From: Eledone cirrhosa
Lineage: Eukaryota
NCBI GenBank assembly: GCA_964016885.1
Contig: OZ024741.1
Span: forward strand, 382,354,001-382,418,000
DNA: 64,000 nucleotides
Direction: 5' to 3'
Shown here: piece after piece, positions 27,375 through 40,197 of the stretch
How the letters are laid out: every line of letters starts with the position of its first letter
How positions within the stretch are numbered: position 1 is the stretch's first letter
The notes under the pieces: model-generated
What the model was told of the DNA's origin: nothing
Seen by the model: only the letters and a program-made list of their open reading frames with translations
Database searches by the model: none
Translations under genes and position numbers: made by a program

Positions 27375-29555
27375 TTAGAAAACAACAATGAACAGAACAT
27401 GTAGCACAAGCCGCCGCTCTAAGAAAGCTGCAAAATCAAGGATAAACTTAGTGATCCCACCTGAGATGTTGGCGACATTGGACAGAAGAGGTTTGACATA
27501 CAAAACTGTTTCAACTAAATCCAGACGCGGACAAATAGCACCACATAATACATGTGAAAGAGCATTGAAAGACCTAATGCCCGACATAGATCACATTGCT
27601 AGGTCAAGGCAATAGGAAACCCTTTCAGTGTTCTTTAAGAGCGAATATCTGGTCGTTAAACACACTCTTGTCCCTTCCGAACGGATAAACTTATAATGTA
27701 CTCTTCCTCTTCCTACCAAGAAGGAAGAGGAGTAAGGGTAAAGGTAGCTGGCATCCCAACGGGTTATAACATGTGTGTGTGGGGGGGGGGGGTCTGGTCA
27801 GAGTCTTAGAGGGTAAAAACTATCCCGTCCAAGATGTGATACACACCCGGAGGGAACTCTGGTTGGGTACCAGCATGCAAATAGTGCTCCACTTAAACTC
27901 CAACCAGATGGAGGACTTTGTCGACACATTAGGCCTACCGGGTAGCATAGTGGTTCTAGACGTGAGCAGCAGCGAAGGGGTTGCGTTTAGATTGGTGGCT
28001 CTGTACTTTTGGGGAATTACTGTGGAAACTGGAGATGTTGCAGGGTATACTTGCCCGAACAGACAACGTCTGTGGTGGTATCGAACACCTTGTAAATCGT
28101 AATGGTCGGCAAGTACTTAGAGGAATATGAGAGGTTGACAGGAGCAAAGCTAAACCCGGAAAATTCAGTAGGGATGCAGCTCGGCACCGGGAGAGGACAA
28201 ATCAATGTCGTCAAATTGCGTCGTAGGGCACTGGACGAACGGAAGTGTAAAGTTACACAAACTCTGGGATAAGACTTGGGACGAGGTGTCGAGCAGGCTG
28301 GAGACTCTCAGTCAGAAATGTGCTGAAATTTTGGGGGCAGTTGGTAAACACGTACATCTCGTCTGTCATCTATTACTACTTCTCCATCGTGCGGTGTCCC
28401 CGTCCACAAATTTGTGCGCCTGCTTTTCAAATGTTGTGAAAGAGACATGCCCCACTGGTGAGGTGGTCCATGCTGCTGCCAAACGCTTACAGATATTCCT
28501 TAATGGTCAGCAGATGTGGTCGCCCTTTGTGATGGGGAATTTAACGCAGTTCCTCTCTTTGACTGAGGTGCAGTATTCGGTTAAGCGTAGACCGAGGTGA
28601 GGTGCCTGGTATTTGGAATGTTTCCAGGCGCTTACAGCCCTCTACCAATGTGCAATGCGATCAATGAAAATTCTATTCCGGCGTTCTGGTGGTGGGCGAG
28701 GGTGAAGATACTTTCGAAAAGATTCTATGCATTAACGAGAAGGAAACGTCCAGTCTATTCCGGAGCAATTTCGAGCCGGGTATTAGGGAAAACTTCCAGA
28801 AATCCGTCGCTTGGTAGTGCTACTGAGGAGCACTGCTTATTAATCATAAACTCTACATGCACGGTATTTCTGTCAGGCAGAGCTGCCTTAAATTCGGAGC
28901 AAACGAGGAAACTGTTCTGCACGCACTCTTACGGGACCCATGTATTCCTGGCTTTTGGAGTTATATCGAACAGCTGTTATCACGTTTTAGGCGGATTCGA
29001 CTATCGAATGAGTCCATCTTGAAGATCACGCCGCTGCCTTCTTATGGCCTAGAAGAGCAGGCACCTTTCCTCTCCCTGGGGGCTGTTGCTAAAGGTGTTG
29101 TGTTGTGGACGTGGCTGAGAAGGCCGAAGACAGACACATTCCTCTTCAGCCAAGCTCTCATACATGTTTTCGAATTCCACTCAGAGAGGAAGGTGTGGGT
29201 GGAGATTGAAATAATGGCCTCCCCTAGTACCTTTGTAAAAATGTATGTGATTGTTGAGAGGATAGGCCGTGTGATTGACTTACATTGACCATTCGCCTGT
29301 AGGCTGAAAATATTAAAGGAAAGCGGGGCATCTTCCTATGATGCTCTTGGAGATGAGGGTGCGTCTAGTTTTGGAGGGTTCGTAAGGTCCCCCTTGGGTG
29401 ATATCTTAACTTTTGGAGAACTCTGTTGTTTCTATTTTATTTCTGTTTAAATTTTGTTGCCTTGTTTTTTTTTTTCACAGATTTATGTAAACCCCCACTG
29501 CCCCCGTTTTTGTATTGTCTCTCTCTTCGGCCCTTCTAGGCAATAATAAACAAAT
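27375..29555 (+). mobile_element. Internally deleted decayed L1/Tx1-like LINE
   Basis: ORF1 remnant (DIDHIARSRQ), APE remnant (VVLDVSSSEGVAFRLVA), C-terminal CLKFGANEETVLHAL, T-rich 3' UTR ending in aataaa; homologous to 57770-62360. Confidence 0.8.
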
Positions 29556-29572
29556 TGTTATTATTATTTTTT

Positions 29573-30500
29573 TGGAGTCTTAGTTATTGATGCCACTTAA
29601 CTGGAAAGTTTGTTCAAATGAACATCAAGCCATTACCTGCAGCTTCAGAGTGTTCTTGCTGTTCACAACAAGCATGATTTTTGAAGTGTTCCTAAAAGTG
29701 GACTGGACTAATGTATTTTAAGCATCCTTGAAAACGTTTTGAGAGAGTACTTTGTGCTTCTAAGACAACTGAGACGACCTTGATCTCATGACAGTCAGAA
29801 GTCTTTTTTAATTCCTATTTTCAATCCTGGTATCGGTTAATTTCCTCCTCCTTTTCTTGCCTTCTTGTGTCAAAGGGGCAGACTGCATCTACAATCGGGC
29901 ACGGTCTTTTTTCCTTGTCAAAAATCAACAGGTCAGGCCTATTGGCTTCAAATTTCTTGTATGTATCCTGAAATCCCCTAACACCTTCACTCAATCGTTT
30001 TCCATCACCGACTCTGGTTTATGCTCGTACCCCTTTCTCAGAATGTGGTAAATTATTTAGTTTGCCTAAATGCCAGTTAATAACCTTTCCTGTTATATCG
30101 TGCCTCTAGCCTTTACAGGGTGTCTGGGCTAGGTGTTCAAACTTAGAAACGATGTGAGCTATAGTTCCATCTCTCTCCTCACAGATCCTACAGATTTGGC
30201 TAGTCTCCTCCTTGTCGATATGGTGCTTCACCCACTTCGTTCTGAGGGTTTGCTCTTCTGCCGCCAGTAGCATTCCCTCTGTAGCGTTTTTAAGGTCACC
30301 TCTTTTTAACCACATCCATGTCTGTGAATTTCTGAATTGCGTTTTCTGAAAAAGGTACTATGAAAGGTGCTTTTCGCGAAGGTTGCTCTTCCTCTTTGCT
30401 CTTATTTCCCACTTGTCTATTGTCTTCTCCTTCAGTTCAACTTTGAACATTGGTTCCCTACTTCCAGGCACATATTTGTGCAGACCGCTCTTTTCCATCT
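29573..30500 (-). mobile_element. R4/Dong-like 3' fragment
   Basis: WLKRGDLKNATEGMLLAAEEQ...CRICEERDGTIAHIVS; 3' UTR matches 39040-39112. Confidence 0.85.
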
Positions 30501-30889
30501 GAAAAGTCCTGTACGCTCTTCGCTCAGATTCTAACACTTGTTATGTATTTCAGAGTTAGCTGTTCACTACCAGTGAATTGAGATAACATGCCTTATTTTT
30601 CGATTACACTCTGGAGTATTCGAGCTGTTCCAAGCAATAATGGTTTTGTAAATATTCTATCCGGACTGCAATCAATACTTGTTTTTATGTACTTCTCAAT
30701 ATATCTACTCATTGTTCAGTAAACTGTACTATTATTGATATTATCACCATCCTTTTCAGTGACCACAGCTGCATAATCTCAGAAGCTATCCTCTCGTACC
30801 TATCAATGTTAACCTTCTTTATCACATACCTTGTTATCAGTGAGAGAGTTTACATCTATGATCCAACAACGTTTGCTTTCTTTTTTAGA

Positions 30890-31205
30890 ACGTCGGACAT
30901 TATGCTTTATGGTATAGATTTACGGCGCTCTACGATCTCAGTTCAAATTCCGCAAAGGTTAACTTTGCCTTTCATCCGTATGTGGTCGATAAAATAATGC
31001 ACCATCAACGGGTGTCTGGGCTAGGTGTTCAAACTTAGAAACGATGTGAGCTATAGTTCCATCTCTCTCCTCACATATCCTACAGATTTGGCTAGTCTCC
31101 TCCTTGTCGATATGGTGCTTAACGCACTTCGTTCTGAGGGTTTAAACAACTTTCGTCTCCCCCAATATTGAAGCCTGGTGCCTATTGTAGAAATCATTAT
31201 TATTT
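30890..31205 (+). mobile_element. SINE interrupted by a 134-bp duplicated LINE segment (31010-31143)
   Basis: gttcaaattccgcaaaggttaactttgcctttcatcc core; SINE 3' part resumes after 31143. Confidence 0.7.
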
Positions 31206-31269
31206 TTATTATTTGATTGTTTATCACGACTAACTTTGATATTGGTTGGGGCTGGTTATTTTAGGTGAT

Positions 31270-32500
31270 CACCAGGCTACTTGGTGCACCATGCTCAGCA
31301 GAGGCGAGCCGGTCGTCTCCTGGAGACTCTTGAGGTGAAGAAAGATAAGTGGACAAACAAGGTCAACATAATTGTAATAGCGTGATATTTGCGTGATAGT
31401 ATACAGAAAACGAATGGTCACCAACTGGAATAAGATATGTGTGTTACATGCAACTGAAGTAAAACTACCTAACCATGTGAGATGTATGCAATAAATATAG
31501 AAGATTAAAAGAAGGAGGATTGAGAAATCTGAGAGGAACACATAAATGATTAGGGAAGGAAAACACGATTCAATGAATGAAGAACGAAACGAGCGAGGGT
31601 CTGTTGAGGTTGATGCTTTAGAATGTATGTTAGAAAATGTTGATATTGTTTAAAAGAGAACTGCATCAGAAATGTGGCAAGTTGAAATCAGTGATATACA
31701 AGAAACATTCATAACCATGTTGAAGACGAAACTGGAAAACACAGGTGAGCTTGAAGCAATTAACATGGGGGCTACTCATGAAACGAAAACTAGATGGAAC
31801 AAGGAGCCTGTGTGCAAAGACAAATAGAAAACATTAATGATACAAACACTCTAGTACTTGCTGGGCCAAGTGAAGCTGGGGTATTTGGAATTCTGAAATG
31901 TAAAGGCAGTAACAGGCAGCCTTGGTGGACAAGAATAGTTATTTCAGGAACATCTCAGCAAAGTGGAGGAAAGGAAAAATGGGACGGTACATACAGGTTG
32001 GAAAAAAAGAAGCACGCTGAATAATAAATACAAAGAAAGAAGTAATTAATTCATGCAGAACAACTTCTTCCAAATCAACAAAAACAAGATTCTTTGAAAA
32101 ATTGAAAGGAATCGAAGGAAAAATGATATAGGTTCAGATGTAGAAGAAAGCATTGCTGTTCCCTGCAATGATAAAGGAGATTTGATAAATAAGATTGGGA
32201 ACAGGTAACAGGTGCAAGAAGGCTAGAAAATATGAATATAACAAAAGACGAGTTGGAAATCTAGTTGAAAAAGTTGCCAAATGGAAAGACAAATGGGCCA
32301 AATCATGAGAATAGATACTCGTTAAACATTTTCAGCAACTTACATGAAATAATAACTACACAGTTTGATGAAATCTTAAGTTCTGGAGATACACCACAAT
32401 TGATGACAAAAGTACTCACAGGTTTGATACAGAAGCATGAGAGTAAGGATAACGACGTTTTAAATTTCAGATCAATTACATGCTTCTCCTTGATGTGCTG
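31270..32500 (+). mobile_element. Decayed R4/Dong-like 5' half
   Basis: QPWWTR and KKLPNGKTNGP...NFRSITCFSLM are homologous to EPWWKKR and NWKSPGPD...NYRPITCLPVM in the intact copy. Confidence 0.65.
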
Positions 32501-33270
32501 AATTTACACATCCCATCCAAGTTGTGCTCTCAACTAGAAAGGGCACAGCAGGACAAAATGCACAATATTAAATATGTCACAAGCACAAATCAGTTGGAGG
32601 GATATCAGCACATGTTGAATCTGACGCCCTCGTCATCAAGCATTCTCTGGTCCCCTGTCAAAGCGACGAGTATTTTCTTGTCCCCTTCATATTTAGGAAG
32701 AAAAACAGTAAAAGTAATAAACTCCATAACACTACAAGAGTTGTACATCTACGCCTGCAAACATTCAGACACAAAATTAGCCATAATTATCAATACACTC
32801 ACCAAACTGTGTGCTGGTGAGCACAAAGTGGGAATATAGTAACACAAGTGGAGATGTTAATGCTAGTAAATTCAAAGTACCACAAACTCGAATGGATCGA
32901 ATGTCTGTATATACATAAACAACCAGACGGTGAGCTTCCCACATAAAATTGAGTCCCCAAACTTAAAAACCACCAGTTGGCCTTAAAGGGCTCCACGTAT
33001 CCTAAAGAGATATGGAAGCTGAACCATAGTATTCTCTTCGCACACTTTCCTGCCAATATGACAATTTTGAAGTTGCATGTATAAATACAGGGGGAATAAT
33101 GGCATTCCTAGAAGCAACGGTGCTTGCTCAACGATCTAGATCACTAACACTAGATATTATAGATTTGAATGAGAGCAGGATTTCCGATATATGTGCTCAC
33201 CAAGACGGTAAGTTGGTTGTCTTGACCTTTTATATTGTGAAGTTGATGCTTTTAGATTGATAGCCGTATA
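32500..33270 (+). mobile_element. Highly decayed L1/Tx1-like fragment (ORF1 end and APE start)
   Basis: gacggtaagttggttgtcttg matches 21585-21603; upstream sequence resembles the ORF1 ends at 21000-21300 and 58480-58760. Confidence 0.5.
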
Positions 33271-35140
33271 TGTCTAATGCCAAAAGTCGGAAGTAAAAAA
33301 ATTGATCCTTCTAAATAATTATAGTCGAAACATTTAGCATTCTATTTGTCAAGCATATTATTACACAGTCACATACTTGCCCAGTTTACAAGTACACCTG
33401 TGCAATGTATGTTGTGTTCCTTTAATTATTAGACAAAATTCCCGCAACAAACACCCTACCGTTTTAATACTGAATAACATGTTCGGTAATTTAATTCTAA
33501 ATAGATTCTGCATTAATGTAGGGCGGTATTGAGATTCGGATTATATGTAAGTTTATGTTTGCTGACCCTGGCTGAAAACAACAGCAACAACAGTATACAT
33601 TCTGGCATTTTCCGTATGAATTTAGGTAAATATTTAGATAAAAATACAAATAGTATTAAGGAGAATGAATTGTATGGACGCATTAGTAAAATTATTATCA
33701 CTTTCTTCTTTACTAAATAACGACGAAAATCTTATTTTATATCTACCATGTAATATGTAACTGGGTATGTTGTAATATTTCTAATACAATGTTGTATAGA
33801 AAAAATTCGAAATTATACTCATGTTTCTTTAAGTAATCATTATGTATTACATATAACTGCTATCAGTCGGTCACGTTTCTTATACGTAGGTTAGCTATTA
33901 ATGCAGTTTTTATATCATCTAAGTTGTTTGTTATTTTGTTATATTATTCACGATTACATTGCATTACAAAATATCTTTATAGAGGTTCACAAAGGAAGCA
34001 GAATATTTTTCAACTAAAACCCATTTCCGGTATCTTGGAAAAATGATATAAAATAGAAAATCGAATATTTGAAACCTTTTGAGATAAATCACCAGATTGA
34101 GCATCTGATATATCTAAATGTTGCTCTTTTATAAAGCTGTCTCTAATCTTTTCTGTATTCTTTATATTTTTACTATCACAGACTCTCGTTCCATCACATT
34201 TTGAAAGTTTTGTAATGTATTATATAAAAAAAAAATCAAATAGAACACATCCTTATTTCAGGTTTGCAAATTTATCGATATCTTGTTTGTTTCTAACATG
34301 CGTTATTTCTTGTAATGAATGAAAATAATACATTTGATTTATCTCTAACAGATTTCATTGTGAAGATTTCTATTTAAATGTGATCTTTATGGATTTAATA
34401 AATACTAATGAATGGCTAGCTAACGTTTTTTTTTATCTAAGTTATCTTCTTTTATTCATCCATTTCTTTCACTATTTGATTGCATATTGAACAGCTTCGT
34501 TATTATTGCCTATTAAGCAAGATATAATACTCATTTCAAATTATAGTTTCATGTGGGCTGGTTATAATAAGATAGCGCAATGTAATCATGTTGTGAAATA
34601 GAAAGAGATAACAGAAAAGTATAAAATAATATATTTCATGTTTCAAACTCATTGAAAATCTGAATCATTGGATGAACACCATGATGAAAATGGAAGCATT
34701 TTTAATGTAATTCAGAAACTTTTACATTGTCAGTAAGTGAAATTTGCGGAAATCTTGTTAACTGTTTGGCAAAGGCAATTGTCATTTATCATGCTGATCA
34801 CATCGTTATGGTTGTTTAATTTATTACATACTATACAGTGTATTTATGTACACATGTAAAACAAGACGGCTTCTATAATTCACTAACGAAGTACCAAAAG
34901 GCGTTGTCGATATGGTTGAGTAACTCCAGGTCAGAACTACCCTAATAGATATATGAGTAAAAGCACTCCAGCTACCAGCTTCCTCTCATTTATGACAAGC
35001 AGTATATTTCGAGTTATATCATCCTACTTGTTAAGTATTACGATGAACATTTTAAGGAGATACGCTTTTATCTCAAGCAGATGTGTTGGCCATGTTGTAC
35101 TTCTTCTATTCCTGATTCTGTGAGGAGAATTAAAAGAATA

Positions 35141-35195
<55 letters not shown>

Positions 35196-35199
<4 letters not shown>

Positions 35200-38100
35200 T
35201 ATATAGATAGACTCAAAAGAAAAAAGAAAAAACAAACAACAAAACCAAAGCAGCACAGCAACAACAGCAAAAAACGAGAAAAACAAACAGAGAAAAACAA
35301 AAACAAAAACAAAAAAAGAAACCCCCAAAACGTAAAGAAAATAAGAATGAAGAGAGAAGCAGGCGGACGGACAGAGAAGAGGGGGGAAAAAGTAAAACTT
35401 AAAAAACAAAAACTAAGTCAGACATTCGAATACTACATTACAATGAAACTTATGCTTATTCATTTTTGGGGCCCTTTCTGCCCGTGTGTTTGTTTGTTTA
35501 TGTGTGTTCGTATACAGCGTGGTGATAATGCCACACAAGGGCCAAGTGGGATGGCGGATCCACAGATGGCTATGTAAACATACATTCGCCAATCCTCGAT
35601 AAGAGTGTTTAAATATCGAACATAAACAGTTCGAATAACGGTGAAATGGAGACTAGAACGTCATGTGACAGACTCTCACCCAACAGGTGCCCCCTGGCTC
35701 AGCAGCAGGAACCTGACTGTCAACCAAATACTGCTGATGTTGGAGGAAGAAGAAGAAGGAAAGGGGCCAGAACCAACTGGACGAAAGAATTGAATAGAAC
35801 TGTTATGCAATGCTACCTGAAAAGTAACCCCAAGGAGAGGGGCTACAGGAGACGGATGCATAACATCTGGAACGAGATTGGATTATTTAAATTAGATGAA
35901 CAAAAATTGGCCGGGCAGGCTCGGGTAATAAGAACTAATGGGTGGTTAAGCGAGCTGGAACTGGAGGAACTGAGCAGAGAGAATGGCTTGCAGATGGCGG
36001 GTGTAGTATGCCAGACAGGCGAGCCGGTGGGAAATGAAGGTGAGGAGGTCCTGAGAACGGAGGAACCACCCGAAGCAGACTATGATCTGAATACTGAGAT
36101 AAATAATACCTGGAACAGAGATACGGCCACTGAGGAGATGAATGCTGACGAGCTAGGACAAGATTCGGTTGACATCCTAAATCTAGTGGTAGATGAATTG
36201 AACAATGATAGTGGGAGAGCTATGAACCTAAGATTTGTAGACAGGAAAAAGTTAAAAGAAACAACAGCTAAGGTAAACAAAGTCATCCCATACCTTGAGG
36301 CGAGGAGTCTCCACCAGTGCAACAATATCCTCAAAGCAACAGCAAATACGGTGAGGAAACTACTTGGTATAAAAGCGAGAGGAAACAACAGACAAGAAAG
36401 AGCAGAGCCGTGGTGGAAGAAGCGACTGAGTGGGCAAATCGGGGAAATGAGAAATGACATAGGAAAGCTTGAGTCACTACTGAATGGGACACTAAAAAAC
36501 ATAGGCACTAAAAATAGACTGGAAATAAAATACAAAACTAGGAGTAAAAAGCTAAATATTATCATAGAGGAATTGAAGCAACGCATTGTAGTAAAGAGTG
36601 CCAAAATCAGGCGATACGAGAACTGAGTCAGTCAGTATAAACAGAACCGCATGTTCGACAACAACCAGAAGATGCTGTTTGGACAGCTTGAGGGGAAAGA
36701 AAGAGGCAACGACTTGATCCCTGGGGCGGAACAAGCTAAAACATTCTGGAGAGGAATATGGGAGCAGGATGTTAGACACAATGCCCAGGCAGGGTGGATT
36801 GAGACAGTACAGAGGGAGATCGGTGAGAAGGCACAACAACAGACTGATTTGAGTATCACAGTTGAAACTCTTAAGGGGCAAGCCAAAAAACTAACCAACT
36901 GGAAATCACCAGGCCCAGATGGTGTGCAGGGGTATTGGATTAAACATTTAACATCCCTCCACCCGAAGCTGACGGCCATGTTCAATGACTGCTTGGTGTC
37001 GGGTGAGGTGCCAGAGTGGTTGATAAAAGGTACCACAGTTCTGATAATGAAAGACCGAATCAAGGGTAATGATGTTACCAACTATAGACCTATCACATGT
37101 CTGCCCGTAATGTGGAAACTGTTGACGAGCATTGTGTCTGAGGAAATCTACCATCACCTCCACACAAACAACTTGTTACCGGACGAACAGAAAGGATGCC
37201 GAAAGAAGTCACGTGGTACAAAGGACCAGTTGCTTATTGATAAGATGGTAATGGGGAATTGCAGGAGGAGACACACTGATCTTGCCATGGGATGGATAGA
37301 CTACAGAAAGGCATTTGACATGGTGCCTCATTCCTGGATCACCAAAAGCCTGGAGGTCTTCAGGGTGGCAGATAACATCAGACAGTTGCTGGGCAGGAGT
37401 ATGGGGTCCTGGGAGACAGAGTTGACATCAACTGGAGTATCCTTGGGAAGCGTGAAGATCAAGAGAGGTATCTTCCAGGGAGATAGCCTGTCCCCTCTGT
37501 TGTTTGTCCTTGCCCTGATGCCCTTGACCATTATGCTGCGAAAAGTGAGAGCAGTATACAAGTTGGGAAGGGGAGAGCTTACCATCAATCACCTACTCTT
37601 CATGGACGATCTTAAGCTCTTCGGGAAAAGTGAGAAGGAGTTGGACGTGCTTGTTGACACTGTCCGTATTTTCAGCAGTGATATATGTATGCAGTTTGGT
37701 ATTGGTAAATGTGGAGTCATTGTGATGAAGAGCGGTAGGTTGAGCAGAAGTAACGGGATCCAGATACCAACAGGTGAGATGATAAAGGAAATTGACTCTG
37801 AGGAGGGATACAAGTATTTGGGCGTTCTGGAGGCTGATGGCATAAAGAACAAAAAAATGAAGGAATTGTTAAGAACTGAATACATTCGAAGAGTAAGGAG
37901 CGTATTGAAGTCACATCTGAACAGCAGAAATGCCATAAGCGCAGTAAATTCCCGAGCTGTGTCTATTATTAGGTACAGTGCGGGAATTCTGAGATGGAAT
38001 GTTGCTGAACAAAAAGAAATGGATAGGAAGACTAGGAAGCTATTGACTATCTACAACATGTTCCACAAGAGGAGTGATGTCGATAGACTCTACCTAAGGA

Positions 38101-39112
38101 TATCTGAGGGATGAAGAGGTCTTATCAGCATAGAGGACTGTGTTCAGATGGAGAAAAACAACCTATACAAATACGTGACCTATAGTAAGGAGCCAATGCT
38201 CAGAACTGTACTGAAGGAGGGGACAGTAGGCCAGGGGATGTCCAAGGAGGAAATAACATCAAGGAGGAAGAGCAGCCTTAAGGGAAAATCCCTTCATAGT
38301 ACCTTCTTTGAGAAAACTGAATTTAGAGATCCACAGACATGGAACTGGTTGAGAAGAGGAGACCTCAAAAAGGCTACAGAAGGAATGCTAATGGCTGCGC
38401 AGGAGCAGGCCCTCAAAACCAAGTGGTTGAAGCACCATATCTACAAGGAGGAGGCTAGCCCACTGTGCAGGATCTGTGGAGAGAGAGAGGAGACTGTGGC
38501 TCACATTGTGTCCGAGTGTAAACACCTAGCCCAGACCCACTATAAGGGCTGGAGACACGATGTGATGGGCAGGGTGATCCACTGGCACCTGTGCAAAGTA
38601 AACAATCTACCACATTCTGAGAAATGGTATGAGCATAGGCCAGAGGCGGTGATGGAGAACAGTCAGGTGAAGGTGCTGTGGGATTTTAGGATACAGACGG
38701 ACAAAAAACTGGAACACAATAGACCTGACCTGGTGGTTGTGGACAAAGAAAAAAGATCGTGTCTGATTGTGGATGTGGCCTGCCCGTTCGACACGAGAGT
38801 GCAAGAGAAGGAGAGGGAGAAAATTAACCGATACCAGGACCTAAAGTGGGAGGTGAAAAGGATCTGGAACTGCCATCAAGTCAAAGTGATCCCGACTGTC
38901 ATAGGCGCACTGGGGACTATCTCCAAAGGTTTCCAGGGATGGTTAAAGAAAATCGGCCCCTTCACGCTTTTTGGAACGCTTCAAAAGGCATGCTTGCTTG
39001 GAACAGCAAGAACCCTCCGATACGTCCTGAATATCTGAGGCTGCAGGTAGTGGCTTGATATTCAATCCAACGGACTTTCCAGTTAACCAACATCAATGAC
39101 TGAGATTCAAGG
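35196..39112 (+). mobile_element. Nearly intact R4/Dong-like RLE non-LTR retrotransposon between (TAA)n tracts
   Basis: (TAA)n at 35150-35195 and TAA-like tract at 39113-39135, single long ORF, 3' UTR shared with three other copies. The 5' boundary is uncertain (35196-35460). Confidence 0.9.
35646..39038 (+). pseudogene. RT, CCHC zinc finger and restriction-like endonuclease ORF (about 1130 codons) with two in-frame TGA stops
   Basis: ORFs at 35646, 36651 and 38148 share one frame; stops at 36624-36626 and 38112-38114. Motifs GPDG, YRPITCL, DYRKAFD, QGDSLSP, FMDDLKL, CRICGEREETVAHIVSEC, RHD, RPDLVVVD, KINRYQDL. Confidence 0.95.
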
Positions 39113-39134
39113 AATAACAATAACAATAATAATA

Positions 39135-39323
39135 ATTGTTTCTACGTTAGGCACAAGGCCAACAATAATCCAGTGCATTACTGGTACTTTATTTTATCGA
39201 CCCCGTAAGGATGAAAGGCAAAGTTAACCTCGGCGGGATTTGAACTCAGCATGGCAAGGGCCGTAACTCTATACGTCAAAGCATGGCGTCCGACCCTCTC
39301 CCAATACTGCCAATCCACCGCCC
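39135..39323 (-). mobile_element. Full-length tRNA-derived SINE
   Basis: Reverse complement gggcggtggattggcag...gagttcaaatcccgccgaggttaactttgcctttcatccttacggggtcgataaaataaagtaccag...agaaacaattattatt; TAA repeats on both sides. Confidence 0.85.
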
Positions 39324-39369
39324 TAATAATAATAATAATAAAAATTGTGGAGAGGAAGCACACGAGTTA

Positions 39370-39433
<64 letters not shown>

Positions 39434-39621
39434 TTTACTCTGCCATGTATTGAGTACCTTACTTACTGTGGTTATCCCCGACTCAACCCGGGACCTACGT
39501 ATATATATATTTCACGTTGCTCCTTCTTCCTGGAGTTGCGACCGATAGATAGTACTAGCAATTGGAAAGACCAACGGAAACATTGTTTCCTCGGTCCGAT
39601 TTGACGAAAGTCGATCGTTCC

Positions 39622-39656
<35 letters not shown>

Positions 39657-39917
39657 AGAACAAAAGATGGTTAAAAGAGTTCCATGTATTTTATTATCTC
39701 TCTCTCTCTATCACCCATCTCTCCTCCTATCTCATCCTTCATCATTATACCCCTCCCTCTCCACCTTCCCTATCATCTCCTCCTTTTTTTCATCCCCCCC
39801 CCCTCTAAAGAAAATATTTTTTCCCAATATCACACATCAATCTAAAACTACTTCTCATATGTTGATTTAAAACTGAACTATCCACAAGTGTTTTTTAACC
39901 TTCATATCATGTCCTCC

Positions 39918-39990
39918 TGTTTTATCTGATGAAAACACAAATATTTTTGCATGATGATATTTGTTTTTGAAATGCGCATAATAAAATACA
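39918..39990 (+). ncRNA. Minimal type I hammerhead ribozyme, 5' pLTR
   Basis: tgttttat-CTGATGA(39926-39932)-aaacacaaatat..atatttgttttt-GAAA(39969-39972)-tgcgca-TA-ataaaataca; predicted cleavage after 39980. Confidence 0.85.
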
Positions 39991-40197
39991 TGGAACTCTT
40001 TTACCATCTTTTGTTCTTATATATTATGTATACTCCACTCCCACAAACTGTAGAGTGCTTCTTATCCGATATCTGCATTGCTTTATTGTACTACAATAAA
40101 ACTCACCTCCTACATTAACTTGCTCCTTAACGGTTGAGCGCTTACTCTCATATTGGATACCTTTTGATGGTCTTTTACTTCTTTCTTCTTCTACAAC

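Noticed and set aside
36624-38114. Two in-frame TGA codons as selenocysteine or programmed readthrough
   Set aside because: They fall at probable Arg and Gly positions, and the sister copy has GGA at the second site. Ordinary point mutations explain them.
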